This document shows, in pieces, positions 21,366 to 30,516 of a stretch of 64,000 nucleotides of DNA; the stretch's first letter is position 1; every line of letters starts with the position of its first letter. Both the position numbers and the translations under genes were made by a program. Source of the DNA: Candidatus Sulfomarinibacteraceae bacterium (lineage in GTDB: Bacteria > Acidobacteriota > Thermoanaerobaculia > Thermoanaerobaculales > Sulfomarinibacteraceae). The notes below the pieces were generated by a model. The model was given only the letters and a program-made list of their open reading frames with translations, was not told where the DNA came from and made no database searches. The DNA lies in contig CAWGLE010000013.1 of NCBI GenBank assembly GCA_963823345.1, forward strand, positions 542,517 to 606,516. The letters are read 5' to 3'.

Positions 21366-24050
21366 ATGACGGACAGTCAACGCACGAAAAGTGCAAACAC
21401 GGATGCGATCGAGACCCGGGAATGGCTGGAATCGCTCGATTGGGTGATCCAGCACGGCGGGCCCGAGCGGGTGACCCGGTTGCTCGAGGACCTTCAGATT
21501 CACGCCCGGCTGGCCGGTGTCAAGCTGCCGTTCGAGGCCACGACCCCCCACATCAACACCATTCCCGTGACCGAGCAGCCGCCCTTCCCCGGCAGCCGCG
21601 AGTTGGAGCGGCGCATCAAGAGCCTGGTGCGGTGGAACGCCATGGCGATGGTCGTCCGCGCCAACCACGAGGAAGAGGGCATCGGCGGCCATATCTCGAC
21701 CTACGCCTCGGCGGCAACCTTGTACGAGATCGCCTTCAACCACTTCTTTCACGGCAAGGGCGAGCATTACGACGGCGACCAGATCTTCTTTCAGGGTCAC
21801 GCCTCGCCCGGCATCTACGCGCGCGCCTTTCTCGAGGGCCGTCTGACCAGAGAGCAGCTCCACAATTTTCGCCGCGAGCTGCGCGACGGACGCGGCAACG
21901 GACTCTCCTCCTATCCCCACCCCTGGCTGATGCCGTCGTTCTGGGAGTTCCCGACCGTGTCGATGGGGCTCGGTCCGATCATGGCGATCTACCAGGCGCG
22001 CTTCAACCACTATCTCGAGGACCGCGGATTGCACCCGAAGTCCGACCACAAGGTCTGGGCCTTCCTCGGCGACGGCGAAACCGACGAGCCCGAGGCTCTC
22101 GGCGCCATCTCGCTCGCCGGACGCGAAAAGCTCGACAACCTGATCTTCGTCGTCAACTGCAACCTGCAGCGGCTCGACGGTCCGGTGCGCGGCAACGGCA
22201 AGATCATCCAGGAGCTCGAGGGCCACTTCCGCGGCGCCGGATGGAATGTGATCAAGGTCATCTGGGGCGAGGACTGGGACCCGCTGTTGGCCAAGGACTC
22301 GGGCGGTCTGCTGGTCCGCCGCATGGGCGAGGTGGTGGATGGCGAGAGCCAGAAGTACTCGACCTCCGACGGCGCCTACGTCCGCAAGCACTTCTTCGGC
22401 AAGTACCCCGAACTCGAGGCGATGGTCGCCAAGATGTCGGATGAGCAGCTTCGCCGCCTGCGGCTCGGCGGCCACGACCCGGGCAAGGTCTACGCCGCCT
22501 ACAAAGCCGCCGTCAATCACAAGGGCGCGCCGACGGCCATTCTCGCCCGCACCATCAAAGGCTACGGCCTCGGCGAAACCGGCGAAGGGCGCAACGTCAC
22601 CCACCAGCAGAAGAAGCTCGAGCAGGAAGAGCTGCTCGAGTTCCGCACCCGGTTCGGGATCCCGTTGTCGGATGACGAGGCGCGGGCCGCCACCTTCTAC
22701 CGCCCGCCCGAGAACAGCCCAGAAATGATCTACATCCAGGAGCATCGAGCGGCCCTCGGCGGGCCGGTGCCGACCCGCGGGGTGCGCTGTGAACCCCTCC
22801 ACATGCTGCCCGACTCCGTGTTCGAGGAATTCGCCGAGGGCTCGGAGGGGCGCGACATCTCGACCACCATGGCCTTCGTCCGGATCCTCACCAAGCTGCT
22901 CAAGGACAAGCAGGTCGGCAAGCTCGTCGTACCCATCATCCCCGACGAGGCGCGCACCTTCGGCATGGAGTCGTTGTTCCGCCAGATCGGGATCTACTCC
23001 CATGCCGGCCAGCTCTACGAACCGGTCGACGCCGGCACCCTCATGTACTACCACGAGGCCAAGGACGGCCAGCTGCTCGAGGAGGGCATCACCGAAGCCG
23101 GGTCGATGAGCTCCTTTATCGCGGCCGGGTGCGCGCACGCGACCCACGGCATCAACACGATCCCCTTCTTCGTCTACTACTCGATGTTCGGGATGCAGCG
23201 CATCGGCGACCTCGTGTGGGCGGCCGCCGACATGCGCAGCCGCGGCTTCATGATCGGCGGCACCTCCGGCCGCACCACCCTCAACGGCGAGGGCCTCCAG
23301 CACCAGGACGGCAACTCCCACCTGCTCGCCTACCCGGTGCCCAACCTCAAGGCCTACGACCCGGCCTTCGCGTTCGAGCTCGCAGCCATCATCAAGGACG
23401 GGATCCGGCGCATGTACGTCGATCAGGAAGACGTCTTCTACTACATCACGGTCGAGAACGAGCCCTACGCCATGCCGGCCCAACCCGCAGACTGCGAGGA
23501 GGGCATTCTCCGCGGCCTCTACAAGTTCCGCCCGTCGGGGAGCGAGGGCGCCGAGCTCAAGGCGCACCTCTTCGGCAGCGGCGCCATCCTCAACCAGGCG
23601 TTGCGCGCACAGGAGATCCTCGCTGAGAAGTTCAACGTCGCCGCCGACGTGTGGAGCATCACCAGCTACAAGGAGCTCCACATGGACGGCACCGACTGCG
23701 ACCGCTTCAACCGGCTCAACGGGGAAGCTGAACGGCGGACGCCCTGGATCCAACAGTGTCTGGGGGCCACCGAGGGCGTCTACGTCGTCGCCTCGGACTA
23801 CGTCAAGGCTCTGCCCGACTCGATCGGCAAGTGGTTCCCGAAAACTCCGGTCGCCCTCGGGACCGACGGCTTCGGCCGCTCGGAGAGCCGCGCCGCCCTG
23901 CGCCGCTTCTTCGAGGTGGATGCCGAGCACATCGTCGTGGCCGCTCTCGCGGCCCTCGCCGACGAGAGGCTCATCGAACGCGACGTGGTGCGGACGGCGA
24001 TCGCCGAGTTCGGAATCGACAGCGGCGCGCCGAATCCGGTGACGGTCTGA
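21366..24050 (+). CDS. aceE: pyruvate dehydrogenase E1, homodimeric type
   Basis: Motifs ETREWLESL, GGHISTYAS, SSYPHP, FPTVSMGLGP, GDGETDEPE, GRTTLNGEGLQHQDG, LGTDGFGRS. Confidence 0.97.
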   Translation: MTDSQRTKSANTDAIETREWLESLDWVIQHGGPERVTRLLEDLQIHARLAGVKLPFEATTPHINTIPVTEQPPFPGSRELERRIKSLVRWNAMAMVVRANHEEEGIGGHISTYASAATLYEIAFNHFFHGKGEHYDGDQIFFQGHASPGIYARAFLEGRLTREQLHNFRRELRDGRGNGLSSYPHPWLMPSFWEFPTVSMGLGPIMAIYQARFNHYLEDRGLHPKSDHKVWAFLGDGETDEPEALGAISLAGREKLDNLIFVVNCNLQRLDGPVRGNGKIIQELEGHFRGAGWNVIKVIWGEDWDPLLAKDSGGLLVRRMGEVVDGESQKYSTSDGAYVRKHFFGKYPELEAMVAKMSDEQLRRLRLGGHDPGKVYAAYKAAVNHKGAPTAILARTIKGYGLGETGEGRNVTHQQKKLEQEELLEFRTRFGIPLSDDEARAATFYRPPENSPEMIYIQEHRAALGGPVPTRGVRCEPLHMLPDSVFEEFAEGSEGRDISTTMAFVRILTKLLKDKQVGKLVVPIIPDEARTFGMESLFRQIGIYSHAGQLYEPVDAGTLMYYHEAKDGQLLEEGITEAGSMSSFIAAGCAHATHGINTIPFFVYYSMFGMQRIGDLVWAAADMRSRGFMIGGTSGRTTLNGEGLQHQDGNSHLLAYPVPNLKAYDPAFAFELAAIIKDGIRRMYVDQEDVFYYITVENEPYAMPAQPADCEEGILRGLYKFRPSGSEGAELKAHLFGSGAILNQALRAQEILAEKFNVAADVWSITSYKELHMDGTDCDRFNRLNGEAERRTPWIQQCLGATEGVYVVASDYVKALPDSIGKWFPKTPVALGTDGFGRSESRAALRRFFEVDAEHIVVAALAALADERLIERDVVRTAIAEFGIDSGAPNPVTV

Positions 24051-24060
24051 GGGGGCGGGC

Positions 24061-25365
24061 ATGGCGATCACCATCAAACTCCCCGAGCTCGGCGAAGGCG
24101 TCGACAGCGTCGATGTGGTGGCGGTGCTGGTCGCCGTCGGCGACGAGATCGCGGTCAACCAGAGCCTGATCGAGGTCGAGACCGAGAAGGCGTCGGTCGA
24201 GGTGCCGTCGACCGCGGCGGGTAAGATCGTGGAGATCCACGTCGCCGAAGGCGACACCATCGGCGAACAGGCCCCGATCGTGACCCTTGATGCGGCGGCG
24301 GAAGCCGCCGCCCCGGCTCCGGCAGATGCCGGGCCCGAGCCCGCGTCCGCGCCCGAGGCCACGTCCGAATTCCAGGACGAACCCGGCAGCGACCTCCCCG
24401 AAGCAACCGTTCGGCCCGAGTCGACCACTCCCCCACCGCGAGCGACGCCCCGCGCGGGCATGGCGGCCGTCCCGGCCGCGCCGACGGTGCGCCGGTTCGC
24501 GCGCGAGGTCGGTGCCGACATCACGGCGGTCGCGGGCTCCGGACCCGGTGGCCGAATCTCCATCGACGACGTCAAGGCCCACACCCACAGACTGCTCTCG
24601 CAAGGGGTCGGTGGGGCGACCGGCGCCGTCGCGACCGCCGAACTGCCCGACCTCTCCCGCTTCGGGCCCGTCCGCCGTGAGGCCATGTCCAAGGTCCGGC
24701 GGCTCACCGCCGAGAACCTGACCCGGGCCTGGCTCAACGCCCCACAGGTCACCAACCACGAACTGGCCGACATCACCGATCTCGAGGAGTTCCGCAAGGC
24801 CTACAAGGGCCGGGTCGAAGAGGCCGGCGGCAAGCTCACGATGACCGCGATCCTGGTCAAGATCGTGGCCTCGACCCTCAAACAGCACCCCACGTTGAAC
24901 GCCGCGGTCGACATGGCCAACCACGAGATCGTCTACCGCGAGTCGATCAACATCGGTGTCGCCGTCGACACCGAGCGCGGCCTCCTGGTACCGGTCATCC
25001 GCGATGCCGACCGCAAGAACCTGACCGAGATCGGGGTCGCCCTCGACGACCTCGCCCGCCGCGCGCGCGACAAGAAGCTCTCGCCCGACGACCTCCAGGG
25101 CGGTACCTTTTCAATCTCCAACCTCGGCGGGATCGGCGGCACCGGCTTCTCCCCCATCGTCAACTGGCCCGAGGTCGCGATCCTCGGCATCTCCCGCGGC
25201 CGCATCGAACCGCACTGGCACGAGGGCTCGTTCCGACCGCGGCTGATGCTGCCGCTATCCCTGTCCTACGACCACCGCCTGGTCGACGGCGCCGACGCCG
25301 CGCGCTTCCTGGCGCGGCTCAAGGCCTCGCTCGAACAACCGCTTCTGTTGGCGTTCGAAGGGTGA
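24061..25365 (+). CDS. aceF: dihydrolipoamide acetyltransferase E2 (single lipoyl domain)
   Basis: Lipoyl ETEKASVEVPS, E3-binding AAPTVRRFARE..GSGPGGRI, catalytic YDHRLVDGA. Confidence 0.95.
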   Translation: MAITIKLPELGEGVDSVDVVAVLVAVGDEIAVNQSLIEVETEKASVEVPSTAAGKIVEIHVAEGDTIGEQAPIVTLDAAAEAAAPAPADAGPEPASAPEATSEFQDEPGSDLPEATVRPESTTPPPRATPRAGMAAVPAAPTVRRFAREVGADITAVAGSGPGGRISIDDVKAHTHRLLSQGVGGATGAVATAELPDLSRFGPVRREAMSKVRRLTAENLTRAWLNAPQVTNHELADITDLEEFRKAYKGRVEEAGGKLTMTAILVKIVASTLKQHPTLNAAVDMANHEIVYRESINIGVAVDTERGLLVPVIRDADRKNLTEIGVALDDLARRARDKKLSPDDLQGGTFSISNLGGIGGTGFSPIVNWPEVAILGISRGRIEPHWHEGSFRPRLMLPLSLSYDHRLVDGADAARFLARLKASLEQPLLLAFEG

Positions 25366-25380
25366 ATCCCGGCCGAGTAG

Positions 25381-25462
25381 CTCTGATGGTGGGCTGAAAC
25401 CCACCCTACAATCCCGACCGGCATGTGGGTCCGAAGTAGGGTGGGCCTTGGCCCACCTTCAG
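25381..25462. repeat. REPIN-like inverted pair of GTAG-family REPs
   Basis: GGTGGGCTGAAACCCACCCTAC (25388-25409) and GTAGGGTGGGCCTTGGCCCACC (25436-25457); same core as 9589-9896. Confidence 0.8.
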
Positions 25463-25581
25463 AATTGCTGAGAATGCGAGGAACCTGCAACGTTCTACGA
25501 TCGAACGTTGAACCCAGGTTTTCTGTCACGAATTTGTCATATGGGCCCGCCCATGAGACCATCCCGCCGTTTGGAGGCACG

Positions 25582-26694
25582 ATGAAGTTCAATCTCAAGT
25601 CGATTCTGACGTTCTGCGCACTCGCCCTCGTGGTCGCGGCATGCGCTCAACAGCCTACCGCTCCATCCGGGTCCGAAGTGGCGGAACCCGCAGCGCCCGC
25701 CGTCTCGAACCTGCCGCGAGTCATCGATCCGAGTTCGGACGAAACACACTTCGGCCCGCTCCGAATGCTCACCGACGGCGGCGAGAACGCCGAAGCCTAT
25801 TTCTCGTTCGACGGCAGACAGCTCATCTTCCAGTCCACCCGACCGCCCTACGACTGCGATCAGATCTTCACCATGGATGTCGAGACGGCCGAGACCCGGC
25901 TCGTCTCGACCGGTACCGGGCGCACCACCTGTGCGTATTTTCTGCCCGGCGACCACTGGATCATCTACGCGTCGACCCACCTCGCGAGCCCCGATTGCCC
26001 GCCGCCCCCCGACATGAGCCGAGGCTACGTGTGGCCGATCGATCCCGGCTACGACATCTTCCGCGCCCGGGCCGACGGCACCGGTGTCGAACAGCTCACC
26101 GCCACCCCGGGCTACGACGCTGAGGCCACGGTCTCGCCGAAGGGAGACAGAATCGTCTTCACCTCGATGCGCGACGGCGATCTCGACATCTACACCATGA
26201 AGATGGACGGTTCCGGCGTGACCCGGTTGACCGACGGCATCGGCTACGACGGCGGGCCCTTCTTTTCACCCGACGGTGCAAAGATCGTCTACCGCACGCG
26301 CCATCCCACCGACCCGGAGGAGATCGAGGACTACCAGAGCCTTCTCGCCGAAGGCATGATCCGGCCCTCGAAACTGGAGATCTGGGTGATGGACGCCGAC
26401 GGTTCGAACAAGCACCAGATCACCGATCTCGGCGTCGCCGCCTTCGCGCCCTTCTTCCACCCGTCGGGCGAAAAGATCATCTTCTCCTCCAACTTCGGCG
26501 ACCCGACCGGGCGCGAGTTCGATCTCTGGATGGTGGACGTCACCGGCGAAAACATGGAGCGCATCACATTCACGGAGGGCTTCGACGGCTTCCCGATGTG
26601 GTCGCCCGACGGCAAGACCTTCGTCTTCTGCTCCAACCGCAACAACACCAACCCCGGCGAGACCAATGTCTTCGTCACGGAGTGGAAGGACTGA
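25582..26694 (+). CDS. TolB-like PD40 beta-propeller lipoprotein
   Basis: RBS GGAGG, lipobox VAA-C, PD40 repeats (AEAYFSFDG, AEATVSPKG, GGPFFSPDG, GFPMWSPDG). Confidence 0.88.
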   Translation: MKFNLKSILTFCALALVVAACAQQPTAPSGSEVAEPAAPAVSNLPRVIDPSSDETHFGPLRMLTDGGENAEAYFSFDGRQLIFQSTRPPYDCDQIFTMDVETAETRLVSTGTGRTTCAYFLPGDHWIIYASTHLASPDCPPPPDMSRGYVWPIDPGYDIFRARADGTGVEQLTATPGYDAEATVSPKGDRIVFTSMRDGDLDIYTMKMDGSGVTRLTDGIGYDGGPFFSPDGAKIVYRTRHPTDPEEIEDYQSLLAEGMIRPSKLEIWVMDADGSNKHQITDLGVAAFAPFFHPSGEKIIFSSNFGDPTGREFDLWMVDVTGENMERITFTEGFDGFPMWSPDGKTFVFCSNRNNTNPGETNVFVTEWKD

Positions 26695-26700
26695 TCGCAG

Positions 26701-26835
26701 ATTTCGGATTTCGGATTTCGGATTTCGGAATTTCCACCCACCCTCCCCACGAATCCGAGCTCGATGATTCACGGTCCCGAATTCAGGTGGGAGGGTGGGC
26801 GGGAATTCCGAAATCCGAAATCCGAAATCCGAAAT
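26701..26835. repeat. inverted heptamer arrays (ATTTCGG)4 ... (CCGAAAT)4
   Basis: Read directly. Pairing extends inward (CCACCCACCCTCCC / GGGAGGGTGGGCGG). Fills the gap between convergent genes. Confidence 0.9.
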
Positions 26836-26838
26836 GTC

Positions 26839-27774
26839 TCAACCCCCTCCGATCGACGCGCGGATGACCTTGTAGCCGTCAGCCTCGAAGGCTGCTGCAA
26901 CGGCTTCCTGGACCTCCTCGTCCGGGGCCAGGGCCGACATGTAGCCGCCGCGGCCGCCGCCGGTGAGCTTGGCACCGAGGGCGCCCATCGCTAGAGCGCG
27001 CTCGCACAGTGAGACCAGGATCTCGTGCGAGAGCCCCATGTCGATGAGTATCGAGTGGTTGGCCGTCATCAGAGACCCCACGGTTTCCAGATCGTAGCGC
27101 TCGAGCGCCGCCTTCATGGCTCGGGACTGGTCCGTGATGGTGTTCATGATCTCCTGGAACCCTTCAGGGTCCCGCTCCCTGATCGCGAGGACGAAACCGT
27201 CCAACTTCGTTGTGTCGGCGGTGACGCCGCTGTTGGCGAGGACCCATCGAATCGGGCGCTCGACGTCGATCCTCTCGAAGCGCTTCTTACCGTCTTCGAT
27301 CCAGTACTGCAGCAAGCCCCCGTAGGTGGAGGCCGTGTTGTCGACCCCGCTCGGGATGCCGTGGTAGGCGAACTCGCCCTCCCAACCGATCCGGTTGATC
27401 TCCTCGATTGACAGACCGAGGGCGAATTCGTCGTTCAGCGCCCGGGCCAGCGACACGCAGCTCGCGGCGCTGGCCCCCACCCCACTGCCGGCCAGCAGCG
27501 ACCCACCGTAGGTGATCTTGATCGGCGTCCTGGTAGCGTCGATGCCCGTGACTTCGAGCACGCGGTTGATCGACTCCACCTGTTGGTGCTTCTTTTTCTC
27601 CTTGTAGCCCGGGACCTCGTGGCGGTTGTCCTCGAGCACCCATCCGGCGCCGTCGATCCGCTCCACCGCACACTCGGTTTCGAAGGGCAGGGCGGCCACG
27701 ATGGCGGGGACCCCGCGGAGGACGAACTGGTCGCCGATGAGAATTGTCTTGCCGAAGCCGGTTCCTGTGCCCAT
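26839..27774 (-). CDS. mvk: mevalonate kinase (GHMP family)
   Basis: Motifs GKTILIGDQFV (motif I variant), AGSGVGASAA, HGIPSGVDN, GAKLTGGGRGG. RBS GGAGG precedes ATG 27774. Confidence 0.75.
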   Translation of the reverse strand: MGTGTGFGKTILIGDQFVLRGVPAIVAALPFETECAVERIDGAGWVLEDNRHEVPGYKEKKKHQQVESINRVLEVTGIDATRTPIKITYGGSLLAGSGVGASAASCVSLARALNDEFALGLSIEEINRIGWEGEFAYHGIPSGVDNTASTYGGLLQYWIEDGKKRFERIDVERPIRWVLANSGVTADTTKLDGFVLAIRERDPEGFQEIMNTITDQSRAMKAALERYDLETVGSLMTANHSILIDMGLSHEILVSLCERALAMGALGAKLTGGGRGGYMSALAPDEEVQEAVAAAFEADGYKVIRASIGGG

Positions 27775-27788
27775 GTGTCGCCTCCCGT

Positions 27789-28997
27789 TCAACGCCCGCT
27801 GAGGATCTCTTCCATCTCGGTGATCAGCTGCTCTTCCCTTCCGATCGGCAGGGTGGTGGCCGCGGTCAGGCTGTGGCAGGCGTCCGAGAAACCGCCCACC
27901 CGCGCGGTGGCCTGCGGCAGCAGGATGTCGAGACCGAGCTCACGGCCGCTGCGAATGCCCTCGCCCATCAGATCCGACACCCGCATCGAGACCTTGACCT
28001 CGCCGAAGTCGAAGGCGCCGATACCCGGGACCTGGCTGGGAATGACCTGAAAGCCGGCCAGGTATTTTTCGGGATCGACATCGAGGCTGTTCTTCACGGC
28101 GTCGAGAAAGGCGCCGATCATCTTGACCCCCATCGGAGCGAAACGGTCATGGACGTGGATCCACTGGATATGAGGCGATGTGATCATCTCGCCGGCGCGG
28201 ATCTTGCGGATTTCTTCGGCGAAGATGCGGTCCTGGACCGCACGGAGGCGATGCAGCATCTCGTAGGAGGCCGGAGAACGTCCCTCGAGACAGACTCTGA
28301 TCCCCATCTCCGGCCCGCCGTCCGCATAACCGGCGCCGCCCAGCGTGTCGAGTTCCCGCGCCATCCGGTCGACCGGGAGCCGCCCGGTGGGAGTGACCAG
28401 GACGTAGCGCTCGCCCTCGCCGTCCGCTTCGATCGCCAACCGGCCCTGGCGAACGGTGTCCAGCGCCGCCTCGCGGTTGGGGCCGACCAGCCGGCCGCCG
28501 ACGAAGAAGCGGTCGCCGACCGCCCCGATGGTGGCGGTCGCGGCGAGATCGGCGTTGGCCCCGTCCCACTCCCTGGCGAACAGGTAGCAGGTGGTGGAGG
28601 CGGTGATGTCGCGGTCGCCGCGGAGTCCGAAGATCTCCGGATCGAGGAGGTGAACCCGGTCGTCGGTCGGAAGCTCGGCCTTGTGGTGGTCGAGGATGAG
28701 CACCAGGTTGCGGCCGCGGTTGAGGTCCGAGATCAGGGGCGCGATGCGGCCCGCGAAGTCGGTGAGGACGATCAACCCGCCACTGCTTTCGAAGATCTTT
28801 TCGAGCACCACCGGATAAGGTTTTTCCAGACACACCCTTTCGACTTCGAAGCCCTTGCGCTCGAAGGCGCGGGTCAGGATCGCGCCCGACGAGAGGCCGT
28901 CGGAGTCGTTGTGGTGGAGGATCCGCGCCCTCCGGTCCGATCTCTTCTCGACCTCCGCGATGGCCCGTCGCATGGCGGCACGCAGGTCCTCGATCAC
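27789..28997 (-). CDS. DHH-family phosphoesterase
   Basis: Motifs ILHHNDSDG, VLTDFA, LILDHH, IGAVGD. GTG start with GGAGG just after the G1PDH stop. Confidence 0.8.
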   Translation of the reverse strand: MIEDLRAAMRRAIAEVEKRSDRRARILHHNDSDGLSSGAILTRAFERKGFEVERVCLEKPYPVVLEKIFESSGGLIVLTDFAGRIAPLISDLNRGRNLVLILDHHKAELPTDDRVHLLDPEIFGLRGDRDITASTTCYLFAREWDGANADLAATATIGAVGDRFFVGGRLVGPNREAALDTVRQGRLAIEADGEGERYVLVTPTGRLPVDRMARELDTLGGAGYADGGPEMGIRVCLEGRSPASYEMLHRLRAVQDRIFAEEIRKIRAGEMITSPHIQWIHVHDRFAPMGVKMIGAFLDAVKNSLDVDPEKYLAGFQVIPSQVPGIGAFDFGEVKVSMRVSDLMGEGIRSGRELGLDILLPQATARVGGFSDACHSLTAATTLPIGREEQLITEMEEILSGR

Positions 28998-29001
28998 GGC
29001 C

Positions 29002-30370
29002 TCAACCTCCCCCGCCGAGTTCGTCCGCAAAGGCCTCCAGGATCCCCAGCTCGGCGGCCACGTCGAGGACGGTGAATCGGTTTCTGATCCGGCGGCCCCG
29101 GCGGACCGCCGCCGCGAGCTCCACGGGTTCGATGCCGATCTGCTCCGCACGAACCGGAGCCCCCGACGCGGTCAGGGCGTGCCACACCCCGCGGCCGACG
29201 GCGAGGGTGTGGCGGATTTCGTCCTTGATCGCATCCTGGTGCAGACACAGACGCGCGAGATCACGCGGCGAACGACCTTCGAGCTTGGCCCGCCACTGCG
29301 GCCACACCGCGTCCGCGAGGTTCCCGAAATCCCCCCGGAGCTCGCGCTCCGCCGCCTCGAGCGAGACATCCGGGGTGCGACCGACGGCGCAGAAATCCAC
29401 GTTGAGGATCCTCGAGTACAGCTCGTCCATCACCAACGAGGCGACCCCTACCTGGGCGCCGTGGAGGTTGGTGGGCCGGCCGTCGCGCTGTCGCGTCATG
29501 TCCCAGTAGTGGGACAGCAGGTGTTCGCCCCCCGACGCCGGGCTCGAGGTTCCGGTGACCGCCATCGACAGCCCCGAGATCAGCAGCAGCTGGAAGAGGA
29601 GGATTACCGCGCCGGGATCGTCTGCAGCGAGCCCGGGAAAGATATCGAGCGCGCGCTGGAACGGCGCCGACAGCAGCCGGTCGGGCATCGGGCAGTGGTA
29701 CTCGCCCTTGACCAGCGAGGCGATCTTCCAGTCGCAGCCGCAGTAGGGCTTGGACACCAGATCGCCGAGACCCGCCAGGGTGAGCTCTCGCGGTGCGCAC
29801 ATCAGGACCTCGGGATCGGCGAAAACGGCGACCGGCGGAGTGGCCTCGCGGGTGGTCTTGAGGCCGTTTTCGAGCAGGGCCACGATGGCCGACGTGTAAC
29901 CGTTCATCGACGCGGCGGTGGCGACCACGACGTACGGCCGGCCGCGGCGGTGGGCCAGCTCCTTGGTGAGATCGTTGACCGTGCCGCTGCCCACCGCGAT
30001 GTAGAAATCGTAGGCGTCCCGGTACGCCGCCTCCAGTGCGTCCACGAGCTCGACCGAGGCGTGGATGTGGCCGTCCGGGCCGTCTTCGAGAAGACAGCGT
30101 TCGACGTCGAAATCGCGCGCCCGAGCGCCGCCGCGACGTCGTCGCCCGCCGCCTCCCACGTCCGCGAGTCGGCAACCAGCAGCGCACGCTTGCCCGGGAA
30201 CGAGCGACGGCAGGCTCTCCGCCATGCGATCGACGGCTCTCGCGGTCGATCACGACCTCCCGGGTGAGGATCCGGTGCTCGCGGCCGCAGGTGCACGGCA
30301 ACTCGCGCCCCAACACCCGGTCGCTGAGGATCTCGGCCACGGTGGTGGGAATCGAGCTGACGGGGATCAT
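29002..30370 (-). CDS. sn-glycerol-1-phosphate dehydrogenase (AraM/EgsA family); apparent frameshifts at ~30240, ~30205, ~30120
   Basis: N-terminal CTCGREH; LLVADSRT; IAVGSGTVNDLTK; TAASMNGYTS; PASGGEHLLSHYWDM; LHGAQVG. Confidence 0.82.
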
Positions 30371-30516
30371 CCACGCCAGAGTACCCCGGCGCCGCGATTC
30401 TCACCATCTCCGACGCGCAGCCGATCCTCGCGCCGCTACCGGCAATTTCTGTTACCTTTGACTCAGGTCGAAGCGTGGTGGCCAAACAATCGATCGCCCT
30501 GCGAAGCCGGTACGGC

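Noticed and set aside
21264-24797. 1177-aa minus-strand ORF and other long antisense ORFs (e.g. 18799-21159, 33529-35118, 44774-46834, and the first part of 42381-44900)
   Set aside because: Shadow frames of well-supported genes in high-GC DNA, with no recognisable motifs.
24061-25460. Missing lpdA after aceEF as a novel PDH architecture
   Set aside because: E3 is commonly encoded elsewhere and shared, and the E2 keeps its E3-binding domain.
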